This document shows, piece after piece, positions 12,641 through 25,931 of a stretch of DNA of 64,000 bases (position 1 is its first letter; each line of letters starts with the position of its first letter). The stretch is from Macrostomum hystrix. Its lineage: Eukaryota > Animalia > Platyhelminthes. The stretch lies in the NCBI GenBank assembly GCA_950097015.1, contig CATNEN010000003.1, forward strand, positions 14,446,001 through 14,510,000, read 5' to 3'. The position numbers and the translations under genes were made by a program. The notes beneath the pieces are model-generated. The model made no database searches. It saw only the letters and a program-made list of their open reading frames with translations, and was not told where the DNA came from.

Positions 12641-14674
12641 ATGTTGGAATCTGCGGCCGATCACGCGGTGCATTGCTGGCAAAACGCCACTGACGAGAGT
12701 TGCGCTGGCGTCGTCAATTCGACTAACGCCACGTCGCAACGACCGCCTGACAAAGTTTTCACATTCATTTCCGGTGTTCTGATATTAATCTGCCTGCTAG
12801 TTGGCGTCCTTGGCAACCTGTGGATTGTTATCACCGTGCTAGTTAGACGAGAGATGCGCGGCAACCTGATCAACCTGTTCATCACTAGTTTGTGCTTGAA
12901 CGATCTACTCAATCTCCTGCTCAACCAGACTATGGTAGCCGTGTCTTACCTGGCTCACGCTTGGGTTCTGAGTCGGACCCTGTGCGACTTTATGCCGGAG
13001 TTTAACATGGTTCTAGTCTGCGTCTCATTGTGGCACCATGCGCTGATAGCATTGCATAGGTATATTGTGGTGGTACACAATAACACCTATATTGCGCTGC
13101 ACAAAGGACTGTACTCTGCCATCATGTTGTTGGGCACCAGACTATTGGCTGCTCTGCTAAGCTTGTCCTACCCATTGTTGAACAGCTGGAAATGGGCCAA
13201 CATGACCGTGTATCAGGTGAGGACCAAATTTTTCCTGAGTTCGAGTCCCATAATTTACACTGCCTTAATTATTACTAACGATAGTGTGAGTGTCAGTCTG
13301 AAAGATGAAAGACTCCTCAAATTCCTTTACGAAAGAAGTCATGCTTTAAAGAAAAGTGCATTTAGTAATTTACTTAATTTGACAAGTCGATGGAGTTAAA
13401 ATCGAATTTTAATTATCATAGTTAATTAGGAGCGTAGATAATTGGATTGCATTCGCATCCTTCTGACAGTTCAACGAACGCGTCGCGCAATAACTGGGGG
13501 CAGTGCCACTGCCGCAAGGAAGCAAGAAAATTTCTTTTATTTTACCTTTTAACACCGCGAACTCCATCAGGAAAAAATGCTGCGTTGCATCTATGAGCAC
13601 ACACAACGGAAGCGGATTCTCGGCATCGTTTTCCTCACCCAATTTCTGCCCTGCGTCATCATCATCGTCTGCTTCGCCCTGATCTTCATGTTCGTCCATC
13701 GCACCGGTCGAAGATCTTCGGCAGCCGATCGGCTATTGTTGAAACGCGAAATTCAAATCACGAAGATGTTCGGCGCTGTATTTGTTATGTTCCTCGTTGG
13801 CTTTCTGCCCTACGGCTTTCTAAGAATGTTTGACTCAGACAACCGACTCAGCCCCAACGCCTACGTTGTTGTGACGCTCCTCTACGCCATCGCGTCCTGC
13901 GTCAATCCCGTCATCTTCGGAGCAATGAACCGGGACATCCGGATTGCCTGCATGCAGCTGATGCCAGCCGCGTGTCGGAACAATCGAAACGCCAGCAATG
14001 GGGCCATTCGGTGCAGACGCGGTCAAGGAATCACCGTGTGCATCAGCATGCAACCGATGGCGAGGACTGGGCAGTGTCTAGATCAAGATCAGGAGACGCC
14101 GATTCAGTAAGAATTTAGGAATTTTTTGAAATTCAAGGGGGTTTTAGTCTAGTGGTTAGAGCGTTGGACTGAAGGTCGGAGGTTCGATTCCGAACGACCC
14201 AACTCGATTCCTGACCGAATGGGGCAGCTGTGACAGATAGTAATGATAATAATATGATAGCAACAATCTAGTTGGACCAACTCAAAAACCCACACCTAAT
14301 GCTGGTACCCATTTGACAACTGGTTGAACTGAAGACACACAGAGTTAGTTGTCTTGCTAACTCTCAAGTCCTCGAGTCCTAGAGTATAATCTATGCCGAG
14401 TGAGCCGATTTGAGCATGATGCAAAGTATTTTTTATTTTCTCTCTTATTTGCAGCTGCCTTCACGAGCATTCAGTACAGCCGCTGAATGTGCATCAGCAC
14501 CTTGAAAATGAGGCGACTAATTTGAGTGCGACGAAGGACGAAGTCAATGTTAGTTCGACGGCATCTGAAAGTTCTGGAGCAGAGGCTGACAGTAATAAAG
14601 GAACAACGGCAGCTGTTGTTTTTGTTGATCTCTACGACCAAAATGCTGATACAAAGTTTTCTGTAGATGGCTGA
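12641..14674 (+). CDS. Rhodopsin-family (class A) GPCR, melatonin-receptor/Moody/Tre1-like; exons 12641-13216, 13571-14106, 14455-14674 (443 aa)
   Basis: TM1 GVLGN, TM2 SLCLNDL, TM3 C..ALHRY, ECL2 Cys (EKMLRC), TM5 FLP, TM6 FLVGFLPY and TM7 NPVIF are present. Both GT-AG introns have compatible phases: CAG|GTGAGG...CATCAG| (phase 0) and CA|GTAAGA...TTTGCAG| (phase 2). AATAAA lies downstream near 14840 and 14952. Confidence 0.9.
14137..14360. mobile_element. tRNA-derived SINE head (+) plus a SINE body fragment (-) in GPCR intron 2
   Basis: Pol III A-box TAGTCTAGTGG and B-box GGTTCGATTCC (14181-14191). The GGTACCCATTT...TGAACTGAAG...TGTCTT segment recurs near 19100-19150. Confidence 0.6.
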
Positions 14675-15084
14675 ACGCAGACAAAAATCAAATCGAGACT
14701 TTGACGCTTTAAATATTTCTATATATTATTTTTAATTCGACAAGATAGCTCTATCGAATTATTTAATATTTCCAATGTTCTATGATAATCCTGAATTACG
14801 GAGCGTTTAGAGTGCAGAAATTAAAAACCCCTTTGAAACAATAAACGTATTTTTCAATCCTCTATATGCTGATATACTGTCGTTTCTTAATTGAAATTGT
14901 GTAATCCTTGATATAACTATATTATATCGTTATCGTCAATATTGATTGAACAATAAATACTCGTAAAAATTCACAGAAATAACTGTTAGTGCGTACAGAG
15001 ATAATTACGCGTGCATATAAGAAGCCAACTATGTTTTAGTACTCAAAGTGAAACCAATATCTTGATAATGAGTTAAATCAAACC

Positions 15085-15430
15085 AAGCATGCTGCTGAGG
15101 TCACCGAAGTTGCAGTCGCGGAACAATTTGCGCAGCTCGGCAAGAAACTCAGGCACGGACTCTCTACCTCAGGACAATCAAATATCAAGCGGTTTTGGGT
15201 CGAAATGGTCCTTAAGTGCAGATCGTGGCTTGTCAGGTGCCATCAGGCTCGAAATCAGCTGGTAGGTGTCATTGCCGCGAATGCCCAGCAGCACAGCTCG
15301 CTTCTTTTCGTTCTCTATTCCATTTGCAACGAAAAACTTTTCTAAGCGTTCCTGATACTGCTCCCAGGTTTCTGTGCCTTCTTCGAAGGGTTCGATTGAG
15401 CCTATTAGACTCATTACTCGTCGCAATTTT
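15085..15430 (-). pseudogene. Degenerate Ty3/gypsy (K02A2.6-like) gag N-terminal fragment
   Basis: MSLIGSIEPFEEGTETWEQYQERLEKFFVANGI...KKRAVLL, then a broken continuation ESVPEFLAELRKLFRDCNFG. A PBS-like TTGCGACGAG lies just upstream of the ATG at 15414. Confidence 0.8.
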
Positions 15431-15866
15431 TGTAGATCAAACTCAGTGGTTGGTAGTAAACTTCTCAAAGTACACCAAAGAATAAACTACTCGTAGGTCA
15501 CAACAGGTCTAGTAATCCATGTAGTGATTTACTGATATTTAAATATCGCCTTCTTCGCTAAAGCTAAGCCCATAGGATATGTTTTCATCATTCTCATCTA
15601 GATGGACTTTCTTTGTAATAACTCAAGCATCGCGGAGAATTGTCAATAATGATTGGGCTAGCTTCATCGCAATTCTCATCCGCGAATACAGGAGGGCACT
15701 TCACTGAGGCATTTGCAGAGGATTTCTTTGGTTTTTGGCTTAATGAAAAATTCTTTTTTTATCCATCTTTCCTGCTAGAATCAGACTAATCTGTGCAATA
15801 CAACAGCCCAGTTAATAATATTGTAGAGACCCTTGAGATTCTTGGGGGTAGCTGATAACAAGAAAA

Positions 15867-15910
<44 letters not shown>

Positions 15911-16060
15911 TTCTGCTGCTTCTGCTGCTGCTGCTTCTGCTGCTGCTGCTTCTGCTGCTGCTGCTGCTGATTCTTCTGCTGCTGCTTCTGCTGCTTCTGC
16001 TGCTGCTGCTTCTGCTGCTGCTGCTTCTGCTGCTGCTGCTTCTGCTGCTGCTGCTTCTGC

Positions 16061-16093
<33 letters not shown>

Positions 16094-16335
16094 TTCTGCT
16101 GCTGCTGCTGCTGCTGCTTCTGCTGCTGATTCTTCTGCTGCTGCTGCTTCTGCTGCTGCTGCTTCTGCTGCTGCTGCTGATTCTTCTGCTGCTGCTGCTT
16201 CTTCTTCTGCTGTTGCAGTTGCTGCTGCTACTGCTGATTCTTCTGCTGCTGCTGCTGCTGCTTCTTCTGCTGTTGCAGTTGCTGCTGCTGCTGCTGATTC
16301 TTCTGCTGCTGCTGCATGTGGTGGTGTTGCTGCTG
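15867..16335. repeat. Interrupted (CTG)n/(CAG)n trinucleotide microsatellite
   Basis: About 155 triplets, mainly CTG with CTT and ATT interruptions. Confidence 0.95.
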
Positions 16336-17923
16336 TTCAGAAAAGCTAAGCACAGTAGGGAGGGTCTCGATATTTGTGTTTGCAATTTCCAAGAGAGGAA
16401 TCGAGACAGTGACACGAGATGGAAACGCACTGAAGATGAGATAAGGACAATTGCAGAGAAGGATGCGGCAGCATGACAATGTCACGGAAATCTATAACAA
16501 GAAGTCAGTGCACATGATCGAACCAACTTGAGTTAGTATGCTGTACTGACTAACAGACTGGCTGAAGCTATTTACATTTCTGCGCAGATAAGCCTTAGCT
16601 GATCATTGATCAGTCAAATTCCACTGGCGCCCTATTCTCAATTTCTTCGTCGATTCACGTTAACTTCAGTTTATGGATTATATGGATTAGGGAAGTTAAG
16701 ATAATTATCCTTCTAATTCAGTTACACCAGCTGAACTATATCATTTTATCCCACCGCTGCCACTGTATTCTCAATTATTTATCATTCACTCTAAATACAT
16801 TTAGGATGTAATAGGACAGTAAAGACAAACCAACCATTTTATTGCACAAAAAACTCTACTTACTCTAAATTACATTTACGAGCGTATTTCTAGAGATCAA
16901 GTCTAGAAGAGTCTAGAAAAAGTATAAGAAAAAAATGTTTCGAAACACGTCACATTGCGCAAACCAGACTCTTCAATCAAAATCTATTTTAACGATTCAA
17001 CTTATTCAATAGATCATGCTTAAATCACATTATACATTTGCATCTTTCAGCGTTAGATGTTTTTGTGAGCCCAATTCAAGAAAAGAAATTTAACTAATGA
17101 TAATATCAAGTAGTGTTTTATTATTTAGCCGATGATTAGCTACAAAAAAACAAGCGAAATGTAGTAATAAATTGAAGTATCATTTTGATTATATGCAAAA
17201 AAACGTTTGCATATAAAGGACTGGTTTTGCAAGTCTTTGTGTTCAAATTTCGTTCAAATATATATTTCGAATATATATGACGGTGACTGGAAAGCTGTGT
17301 TCGAGAACATAAAAAAAATTTGTCCATTTTTTAGATCGTTTTTAGACCAGTTATTTTCAGAGCACTTATAATACAGCGCGATCATTACGTGTCTTGTATA
17401 ATTGTTAAGTATTGCAATTATGGACAAGATAACGACGGCATACTTATCATTTCGCCTTTTACAATGCTTTTAAAAACGCTTCGAATTAAAAAAATTAAAC
17501 TTTATGCTTAGAGTTGAGTCTTTTAAAACAATTTTTCATTTCTGGCTATTCTGGTATGGCTGCAACAATTATGAATGGTGTGAATGCTTTTGACAGACCA
17601 ATTAAAAAGACACTGCAATATGAAGGGATCGCTCTTTACAATTGATATTATCTCGCGAAGTATTTTCCTGTTTTTTGACCAAAAGCAGCTGTATCTGGCT
17701 TTCAGTTAAATATTTTTTAGTTACAGGCTTCATGCTCTGTTAGTTAATCTATCAGTTGCGCTACTCCAATTAAATTAACGACTCAATATCCGGTTTGTGC
17801 GAAATATTTTTTTTTCTGACATTGGATTTATTGGATTACATTGCAGCTATGAATTGCCGACACAAATGAAAGTAAAAAAGTGGCCAATCAACAAAAGTTA
17901 CTTGACGATTGATAAATAGATGG

Positions 17924-18020
17924 AAGGTGTCTTGTTCGAGGTCACAAACTGTCTCCCTTCGGCCCAGGTTCGAACTCCTGACCTCTCGTTCAGAAGTCCA
18001 AAGCATCAATCAGTTGGGTT
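17924..18020 (-). mobile_element. tRNA-derived SINE fragment
   Basis: The minus strand reads a tRNA-like head with B-box GAGTTCGAACC, followed by ...GAACAAGACAC. Confidence 0.55.
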
Positions 18021-19892
18021 TAAAATCTTTCTCCGTCTTCTAAGAGGAGCAAAAAAAAGTCTGAGAAAAGAAAATTTTGAGCACCGCGCAATTCGAGTGT
18101 CATTTATGGGATGAAAAATCGAAGAAGGGAAGTTGAACGAACTGAGTCGCAGGGAGATATTAGGCTCCCCGAGGCGCTGTGCGTGTTCCGCCCAGCAGGA
18201 AGTGCACACTGCCACTCTCTTTCTCTGCCATGCAGACTCGAATTTGCGAGCCTCAAATCAGATTTGAGCAATTTCAAAGCAAAGAAGCAATAAAACTAAT
18301 ATACTCGTAGATGTAACAGCTGAGATACAGCTCCGGGCGCGTTATTTTCCTGGGCCAAGGACACTGAAACTAGAGCGAAGAAGCAAAAGAAAGATAAAGA
18401 GGCTGGGGAAATCGGGGAGGTGAGATCTATGGGATATTTGAGACCTCCCGGGAAAGCCTGTAGCTGCTGGGCATGACAAGGGTGGCGGTGGAAGGAATGG
18501 CGGAACGAACCAAGTAAGGCTTTTCTATAGCCCTAGTCCTTTCTAAAGTCCGAGGCTCACAATTTTCCTCAACATCTCAACATCTTATTTACAATATCAT
18601 CAGCGTGGCATAGTTTTCGGAGATTATGTCCGGAAAAATATATATAATTTATTTGGCCACGTCCGATACGAGTGCATTTACAGTGCATGCCCATTCGTAT
18701 AGGCAAGTTCTATATAGCAATCAGTCATATTTAACTACGGTGGGACTAACTAATAGGCACAAGAAACATAAACCATGCTTATACGCTACGGCAATGTTAA
18801 TCTCCTTTCATTCACATTGAGTGCATGCTAGTGTGGGAATATACTCGTAAAACAATGAAGGAGCTAGTACACTGGCTGTACAGGCATCTTGTCCAACTAT
18901 TATATTGCACAGACATCTACATAAAAACTGAACGTATACTTTAAAGTATCAAGTGTCACTCAAAAACATATTTTGTTACACCTATCAGATATGCAGCCGA
19001 AAGTACAACTGCTTCCAAAGTCTGCGTACAGCTGTTCAGTCCATGGACTGAAGGGACGCCACACCCACCCATAATTAACCCAGATAAATATTTTATGTTG
19101 GTGCCCATTTAACAGCTGAGCTATAGGTGAACTGAAGCGAGGAAGTGTCTTAACAGTAGAACTTCCAAAGCGGGTAATTCCCCCCTTACATATTTTTGTG
19201 CTGCACCCGAAACTGAAGAATACGGGCCAACTTCTAAAACAAGAATCAAGTCGCCAGCTCTTCAGACCGTCGAGATATTCAATGGTTCTGGCCGAAGGTC
19301 AGATTTTCCCCATAAGCGCTAGTGTATTTCATTCACCCCTATGCACGAATTAGCACTGCGCCTCAGTGCAGCCTTACCAGGCCTTCAAAGTTTATCAGCA
19401 TGTCACCCGAATGTGCCTGCATCATCTCCGTCTTCAGTGGTCACCTACCTTATCTAGACGGACTGCTGGACCTTCAAGGGCAACAGACAACAGGTAGAAA
19501 TAGGCCAGTATGGACAACCTGACGCGAAATTCTCCTGTCAACCATTCAGTCACCAGCCAATGCTGTTAGCATTCAAGCGCTGCAAAAACGGTCGGCAAAA
19601 TGGCTTTGTAGTCTTGTACTGTTGAAGTTTTAAATGACACAAATTGTTCCAGTGGAGTCAGGAATCGAACTTCGATTAGTCAACAAGATCTACCCATGAG
19701 GTACTGAGGCCACGAGTATTTCGTATCTAGGAAATAACTTTATATATTGGCTACGGAGACAATCTCGATCTATACGAGCTATCATGCTTGATCGAGCAAT
19801 TTATTTCACTATAAAGCTATATTGTTGAAGACAAGGTCAAAGAGATCTCACTGATAGAAAAATCGTATTTATAAAAATATTAACATTTACAA

Positions 19893-20192
19893 CAGGGCAG
19901 TGGCACATCATTTGGTGACACTAGACCCGCAGCCAGCAAGGAGGCAATTCCGCCCATTCCGCTGACTCCTGAGCACACACTCACACAGATACTGTACACA
20001 GGCACACACTTTCTAATCGTCAGGCAGTGTACATTCTCACTGTGCCTCGGAGGTTGGCCCTCAAGGGCACGACAAGCCCCCAAGCCTTCTCTCCGCGGCC
20101 GAATGTCGCGGACAAACAAACGAATGTCGAACCTCGCCGCGGAATCGAACTTAGGTACCCTGCTTTGGTGCCAAAGGCAAACGCGTTGGACC
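19893..20192 (-). mobile_element. tRNA-derived SINE, copy 1 (family shared with 36772-37125)
   Basis: Shares long blocks with the second copy (GGGCAGTGGCACATCATTT; CGTCAGGCAGTGTACATT; CAAGCCTTCTCTCCGC). Minus-strand B-box AGTTCGATTCC. Confidence 0.8.
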
Positions 20193-20200
20193 GCTTAAGT

Positions 20201-20443
20201 CAGTGGCGGCGCAGGGGGGGGGCGGGGGGGCGGGCTGCCCCTGGGTGACCACCCCTCACCACCCTCAGGGGTGACCACCCACTTAAAAAAAATTGGTACT
20301 TTACCATATTTTTTCAAAAGTGTGGTCACCCCATGGGGCATGGGGGTGGTCACCTGAGACATTATTTTTTTGTTTTTTTTGGTGGCCGGGGGGGTGACCA
20401 CCCAACCACCGCCCCCCCAGCTGGAGGTCCTGCGCCGCCACTG
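20201..20443. mobile_element. hAT-superfamily MITE (243 bp)
   Basis: Perfect 15-bp TIRs CAGTGGCGGCGCAGG / CCTGCGCCGCCACTG. Perfect 8-bp TSD GCTTAAGT (20193-20200 and 20444-20451). Internal GGTGACCAC subterminal motifs occur in both orientations. Confidence 0.93.
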
Positions 20444-21454
20444 GCTTAAGTCTTTTAACTAAATCAGTTGAGAGGCAATTCTGTCTGTCTAAAAAACTCC
20501 ATCACATGATAGATTCACAGTCAAAGCCAAGTTTTCTTCGTTATAATTTCTTTAAAGTTCGATTGCGTACGAATTTGCATAGGGAATAATTAAAATAATT
20601 CTAATTATTGTCTGATTGAAATTAATCTCTATTTTCATTTAACAGTCTGTCTGATCTGATCTGTTACGCATGAATTTATAGTCAGAGATGTATTGGCTCA
20701 ATTATTTATTGACAAAAAAGGATAAAAAGACACTGATAGAATTCGAATGAAGCGAGAAAACTAGATCAAAGTTAGATTTTCAGTCCACCAGGAAAATGAT
20801 TTGTCTGTTTGAGCAATAAATATAATCCAGCAATTCTTCAGTTTGACCAGCTGCAAAATAGAAAATGTAAATGTCTATCTATCTATGTATCTCTCTATAT
20901 ATTTCTATCTAAAAGAAGAAGCAGATAAGTTTGTATTCCGCCTAACTAATTCTAGTTGAAAAACCACAGGCTTTCTAGGAAAACTGATTGATCGTCTTTT
21001 TTGTTTTAACTAATACGAGAAAAACTATCCTACGATTTTGAATTGCAAAACTCGCATTAACTAACTTTTAAACTATAGAAAATACTCATTGGATTGCAAA
21101 ACAAATCCTTTGATGTATGCATTATCGCAAGTCTTGAAAATGGAATGGAACCAAATCTCTCATGAATTTATAGAATCAAGAAATCTCTAATAACCTAGTA
21201 CTCATCCATTTCTCTGATTTCATTCTATATATATATACACACTCGTCAATCATCAATGGGTGACAGATAGATAGAAGACGGAACGTTGGGTTTGATATCA
21301 AATGAAAGACTGATGATAAGAAAGATTGCATTTTTAGTCTGAATCGATAATGCAGAGTGGCATGGGGATCAAAGTTTTTAGGGACACGGGAAGAGACAGA
21401 AAATTATACAGCTATATGTAGCTCCTCGCAAAACAGTCAACAAATATACTGAAA

Positions 21455-24400
21455 ATATCTAATCGAGAGCCTAGACAGGATAAATGAGATTCGAGAGACC
21501 AGACGCACGAGAATCGAGTGGCTAGATACATGAGAATCGAGAGAGTAGATATATGAGAATCGATAGAGTAGATACATGAGAATCGAGAGAGTAGATATAT
21601 GAGAATCGAGAGAGTAGATATATGAGAATCGAGAGCCTAGACAGGATAAATGAGATTCGAGAGACCAGATACACGAGAATCGAGTGGCTAGATACATGAG
21701 AATCGAGAGAGTAGATATATGAGAATCGATAGAGTAGATACATGAGAATCGAGAGAGTAGATATATGAGAATCGAGAGAGTAGATATATGAGAATCGAGA
21801 GAGTAGATACATGAGAATTGAGAGAGTAGATACATGAGAATCGAGAGAGTAGATTTATGAGAATCGAGAGAGTAGATACATGAGAATCGAGAGAGTAGAT
21901 ACATGAGAATCGAGAGAGTAGATAAATGAGAATCGAGAGAGTAGATACATGAGAATCGAGAGAGTAGATATATGAGAATCGAGAGAGTAGATACATGAGA
22001 ATCGAGAGAGTAGATACATGAGAATCGAGAGAGTAGATACATGAGAATCGAGAGAGTAGATACATGAGAATCGAGAGAGTAGATACATGAGAATCGAGAG
22101 AGTAGATATATGAGAATCGAGAGAGTAGATACATGAGAATCGAGAGAGTAGATATATGAGAATCGAGAGAGTAGATACATGAGAATCGAGAGAGTAGATA
22201 CATGAGAATCGAGAGAGTAGATACATGAGAATCGAAAGAGTAGATACATGAGAATAGAGAGAGTAGATACATGAGAATCGAGAAAGTAGATACATGAGAA
22301 TAGAGAGAGTAAATACATGAGAATCGAGAGAGTAGATATATGAGAATCGAGAGAGTAAATACATGAGAATCGAGAGAGTAGATTTATGAGAATCGAGAGA
22401 GTAGATACATGAGAATCGAGAGAGTAGATACATGAGAATCGATAGAGTAGATACATAAGAATCGAGAGAGTAGATACATGAGAATCGAGAGAGTAGATAC
22501 ATGAGAATCGAGAGAGTAGATTTATGAGAATCGAGAGAGTAGATACATGAGAATCGAGAGAGTAGATTTATGAGAATCGAGAGAGTAGATACATGAGAAT
22601 CGAGAGAGTAGATACATGAGAATCGAGAGAGTAGATACATGAGAATCGAGAGAGTAGATACATGAGAATCGAGAGAGTAGATACATGAGAATCGAGAGAG
22701 TAGATACATGAGAATCGAGAGAGTAGATACATGAGAATCGAGAGAGTAGATACATGAGAATCGAGAGAGTAGATACATGAGAATCGAGAGAGTAGATACA
22801 TGAGAATCAAGAGAGTAGATACATGAGAATCGAGAGAGTAGATTTATGAGAATCGAGAGAGTAGATACATGAGAATCGAGAGAGTAGATTTATGAGAATC
22901 GAGAGAGTAGATACATGAGAATCGAGAGAGTAGATACATGAGAATCGAGAGAGTAGATACATGAGAATTGAGAGAGTAGATACATGAGAATCGAGAGAGT
23001 AGATACATGAGAATCGAGAGAGTAGATACATGAGAATCGAGAGAGTAGATACATGAGAATTGAGAGAGTAGATACATGAGAATCGAGAGAGTAGATACAT
23101 GAGAATCGAGAGAGTAGATACATGAGAATCGAGAGAGTTGATACATGAGAATTGAGAGAGTAGATACATGAGAATTGAGAGAGTAGATACATGAGAATCG
23201 AGAGAGTAGATTTATGAGAATCGAGAGAGTAGATACATGAGAATCGAGAGAGTAGATTTATGAGAATCGAGAGAGTAGATACATGAGAATCGAGAGAGTA
23301 GATACATGAGAATCGAGAGAGTAGATATATGAGAATCGAGAGAGTAGATACATGAGAATCGAGAGAGTAGATACATGAGAATCGAGAGAGTTGATACATG
23401 AGAATCGAGAGAGTAGATACATGAGAATCGAGAGAGTTGATGCATGAGAATTGAGAGAGTAGATACATGAGAATCGAGAGGCTAGATACATGAGAATTGA
23501 GAGAGTAGATACATGAGAATCGAGAGGCTAGATACATGAGAATTGAGAGAGTAGATACATGAGAATCGAGAGAGTAGATACATGAGAATCGAGAGAGTAG
23601 ATACATGAGAATCGAGAGAGTAGATACATGAGAATCGAGAGAGTAGATACATGAGAATCGAGAGAGTAGATTTATGAGAATCGAGAGAGTAGATACATGA
23701 GAATCGAGAGAGTAGATTTATGAGAATCGAGAGAGTAGATACATGAGAATCGAGAGAGTAGATACATGAGAATCGAGAGAGTAGATACATGAGAATCGAG
23801 AGAGTAGATACATGAGAATCGACAGAGTAGATACATGAGAATCGAGAGAGTAGATACATGAGAATCGAGTGGCTAGATACATGAGAATCGAGTGGCTAGA
23901 TACATGAGAATCGAGAGGCTAGATACATGAGAATCGAGAGAGTAGATACATGAGAATCGAGAGAGTAGATACATGAGAATCGAGAGAGTAGATACATGAG
24001 AATCGAGAGAGTAGATACATGAGAATCGAGAGAGTAGATACATGAGAATCGAGACAGTAGATACATGAGAATCGAGACAGTAGATACATGAGAATTGAGA
24101 GAGTAGATACATGAGAATCGAGAGAGTAGATACATGAAAATCGAGAGAGTAGATACATGAGAATCGAGAGAGTAGATACATGAGAATCGAGAGAGTAGAT
24201 ACACGAGAATCGAGAGAGTAGATACATGAGAATCGAGAGAGTAGATACATGAGAATTGAGAGAGTAGATACATGAGAATCGAGAGAGTAGATACACGAGA
24301 ATCGAGAGAGTAGATACATGAGAATCGAGAGAGTAGATACATGAGAATCGAGACAGTAGATACATGAGAATCGAGACAGTAGATACATGAGAATTGAGAG

Positions 24401-24918
24401 AGTAGATACATGAGAATCGAGAGAGTAGATACATGAAAATCGAGAGAGTAGATACATGAGAATCGAGAGAGTAGATACATGAGAATCGAGAGAGTAGATA
24501 CACGAGAATCGAGAGAGTAGATACATGAGAATCGAGAGAGTAGATACATGAGAATTGAGAGAGTAGATACATGAGAATCGAGAGAGTAGATACATGAGAA
24601 TCGAGAGAGTAGATACATGAGAATTGAGAGAGTAGATACATGAGAATCGAGAGAGAAGATATTTGAGAATCGAGAGAGTAGATACATGAGAATCGAGAGA
24701 GTAGATACATGAGAATTGAGAGAGTAGATGCATGAGAATCGAGAGAGTAGATACATGAGAATCGAGAGAGTAGATACATGAGAATTGAGAGAGTAGATAC
24801 ATGAGAATCGAGAGAGAAGATATTTGAGAATCGAGAGAGTAGATACATGAGAATCGAGAGAGTAGATACATGAGAATCGAGAGAGAAGATATTTGAGAAT
24901 CGAGAGAGTAGATTTATG
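21455..24918. repeat. 23-bp minisatellite (GAGAATCGAGAGAGTAGATACAT), about 150 units
   Basis: Direct tandem repeat, and the source of the many YLLSRFSC ORFs. Confidence 0.97.
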
Positions 24919-25931
24919 ACTCAATACTTCTGCGTCTCATTGTTATTCAATACTAATGACTCCTGCATATGTTTAGGCCCCAGTCGCGGAGAATGGCTAA
25001 AAAAGTAAACAAAAAATGAAATCCAGTTTTTACTCGACGAAGCACACAATGTTTTCCGGGTCATTGCGAGATGCCGCGCCAGTTGCTGCTGCTGCTGCTG
25101 CTGACACTGATTATATTGAAGAATCTTAAATCTCAAACCAGGTGAGGGTTGAGTATCGGTCAAGAACTATCTTATCTTAAAAGCTGCATACATGCCAACT
25201 CAATGACAAAGTCGCATTTCGTCTTATTGATTCGCTTAACTGTTGATTTCTGGCATCTTTCCAGTCGGCTGAACAAATCGAGTGCTCTTATCATTAGCTA
25301 TTATTCATCATCTTCACAGATGGATGAAATGAAATCAGTTAGCAATTAATTATCTGTTATTGTTGGCACTAGTCTAGGTCATCAAAGTACACACTTGGAT
25401 TTGACAGGTCAGGTAATTTTCAGATTTATTCTTATAATTAAACAAATAAATATAAATAAGTTCGAAGCCGATATATTTTTGTTATGAATCGTTCTTCGTT
25501 ATAAATTAACCAGTTCTTTATGAATTATTTGAACTTTATTTAAATAATAAACTTATTTGTAAATTCAATAAGGAATAAATTAATGTAATTAAAGAAAAGT
25601 ATGCTATCGATCGTTAAGTATAAAATTGTGCAATAATATGAAATGTGAAAACCGATAAAATTGAAAAAAAGTCTTGAAAAATCTTATCTGGCATCGGTAA
25701 TACTGATCACGTATTCTAAAGTACAAAAAATTGTAAAAAATTATGCCTCAGGAAGTGAAAGTTTTTAGCCAAATACCATTATAAAAATATAATCACATCT
25801 ACCTACTTAAGTAGTAAAAATGACCATAAAATTGCTACATAAAAAGTTTGTTAAAAAACTCAAATTGAATAACGGAAGCAGTGCTTTCGATTTGAAAAGC
25901 GTCGGAAATTGATTTGTACTACATATCGAAG

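Noticed and set aside
14137-14203. tRNA gene
   Set aside because: A and B boxes are present, but the anticodon arm is shortened and the acceptor stem is poor. It is better read as a SINE head or tRNA pseudogene.
15786-16485. Poly-Ser/poly-Gln/poly-Leu proteins
   Set aside because: They are frames of a CTG/CAG microsatellite with no supported exon structure, although a polyQ exon cannot be fully excluded.
19180-19640. Possible LINE (RTE-like) remnant on the minus strand
   Set aside because: Only vague peptide resemblance, with no diagnostic motif.
24921-25350. Minus-strand exon with a short polyQ
   Set aside because: A donor-like site is present, but it could not be joined to a consistent downstream frame.
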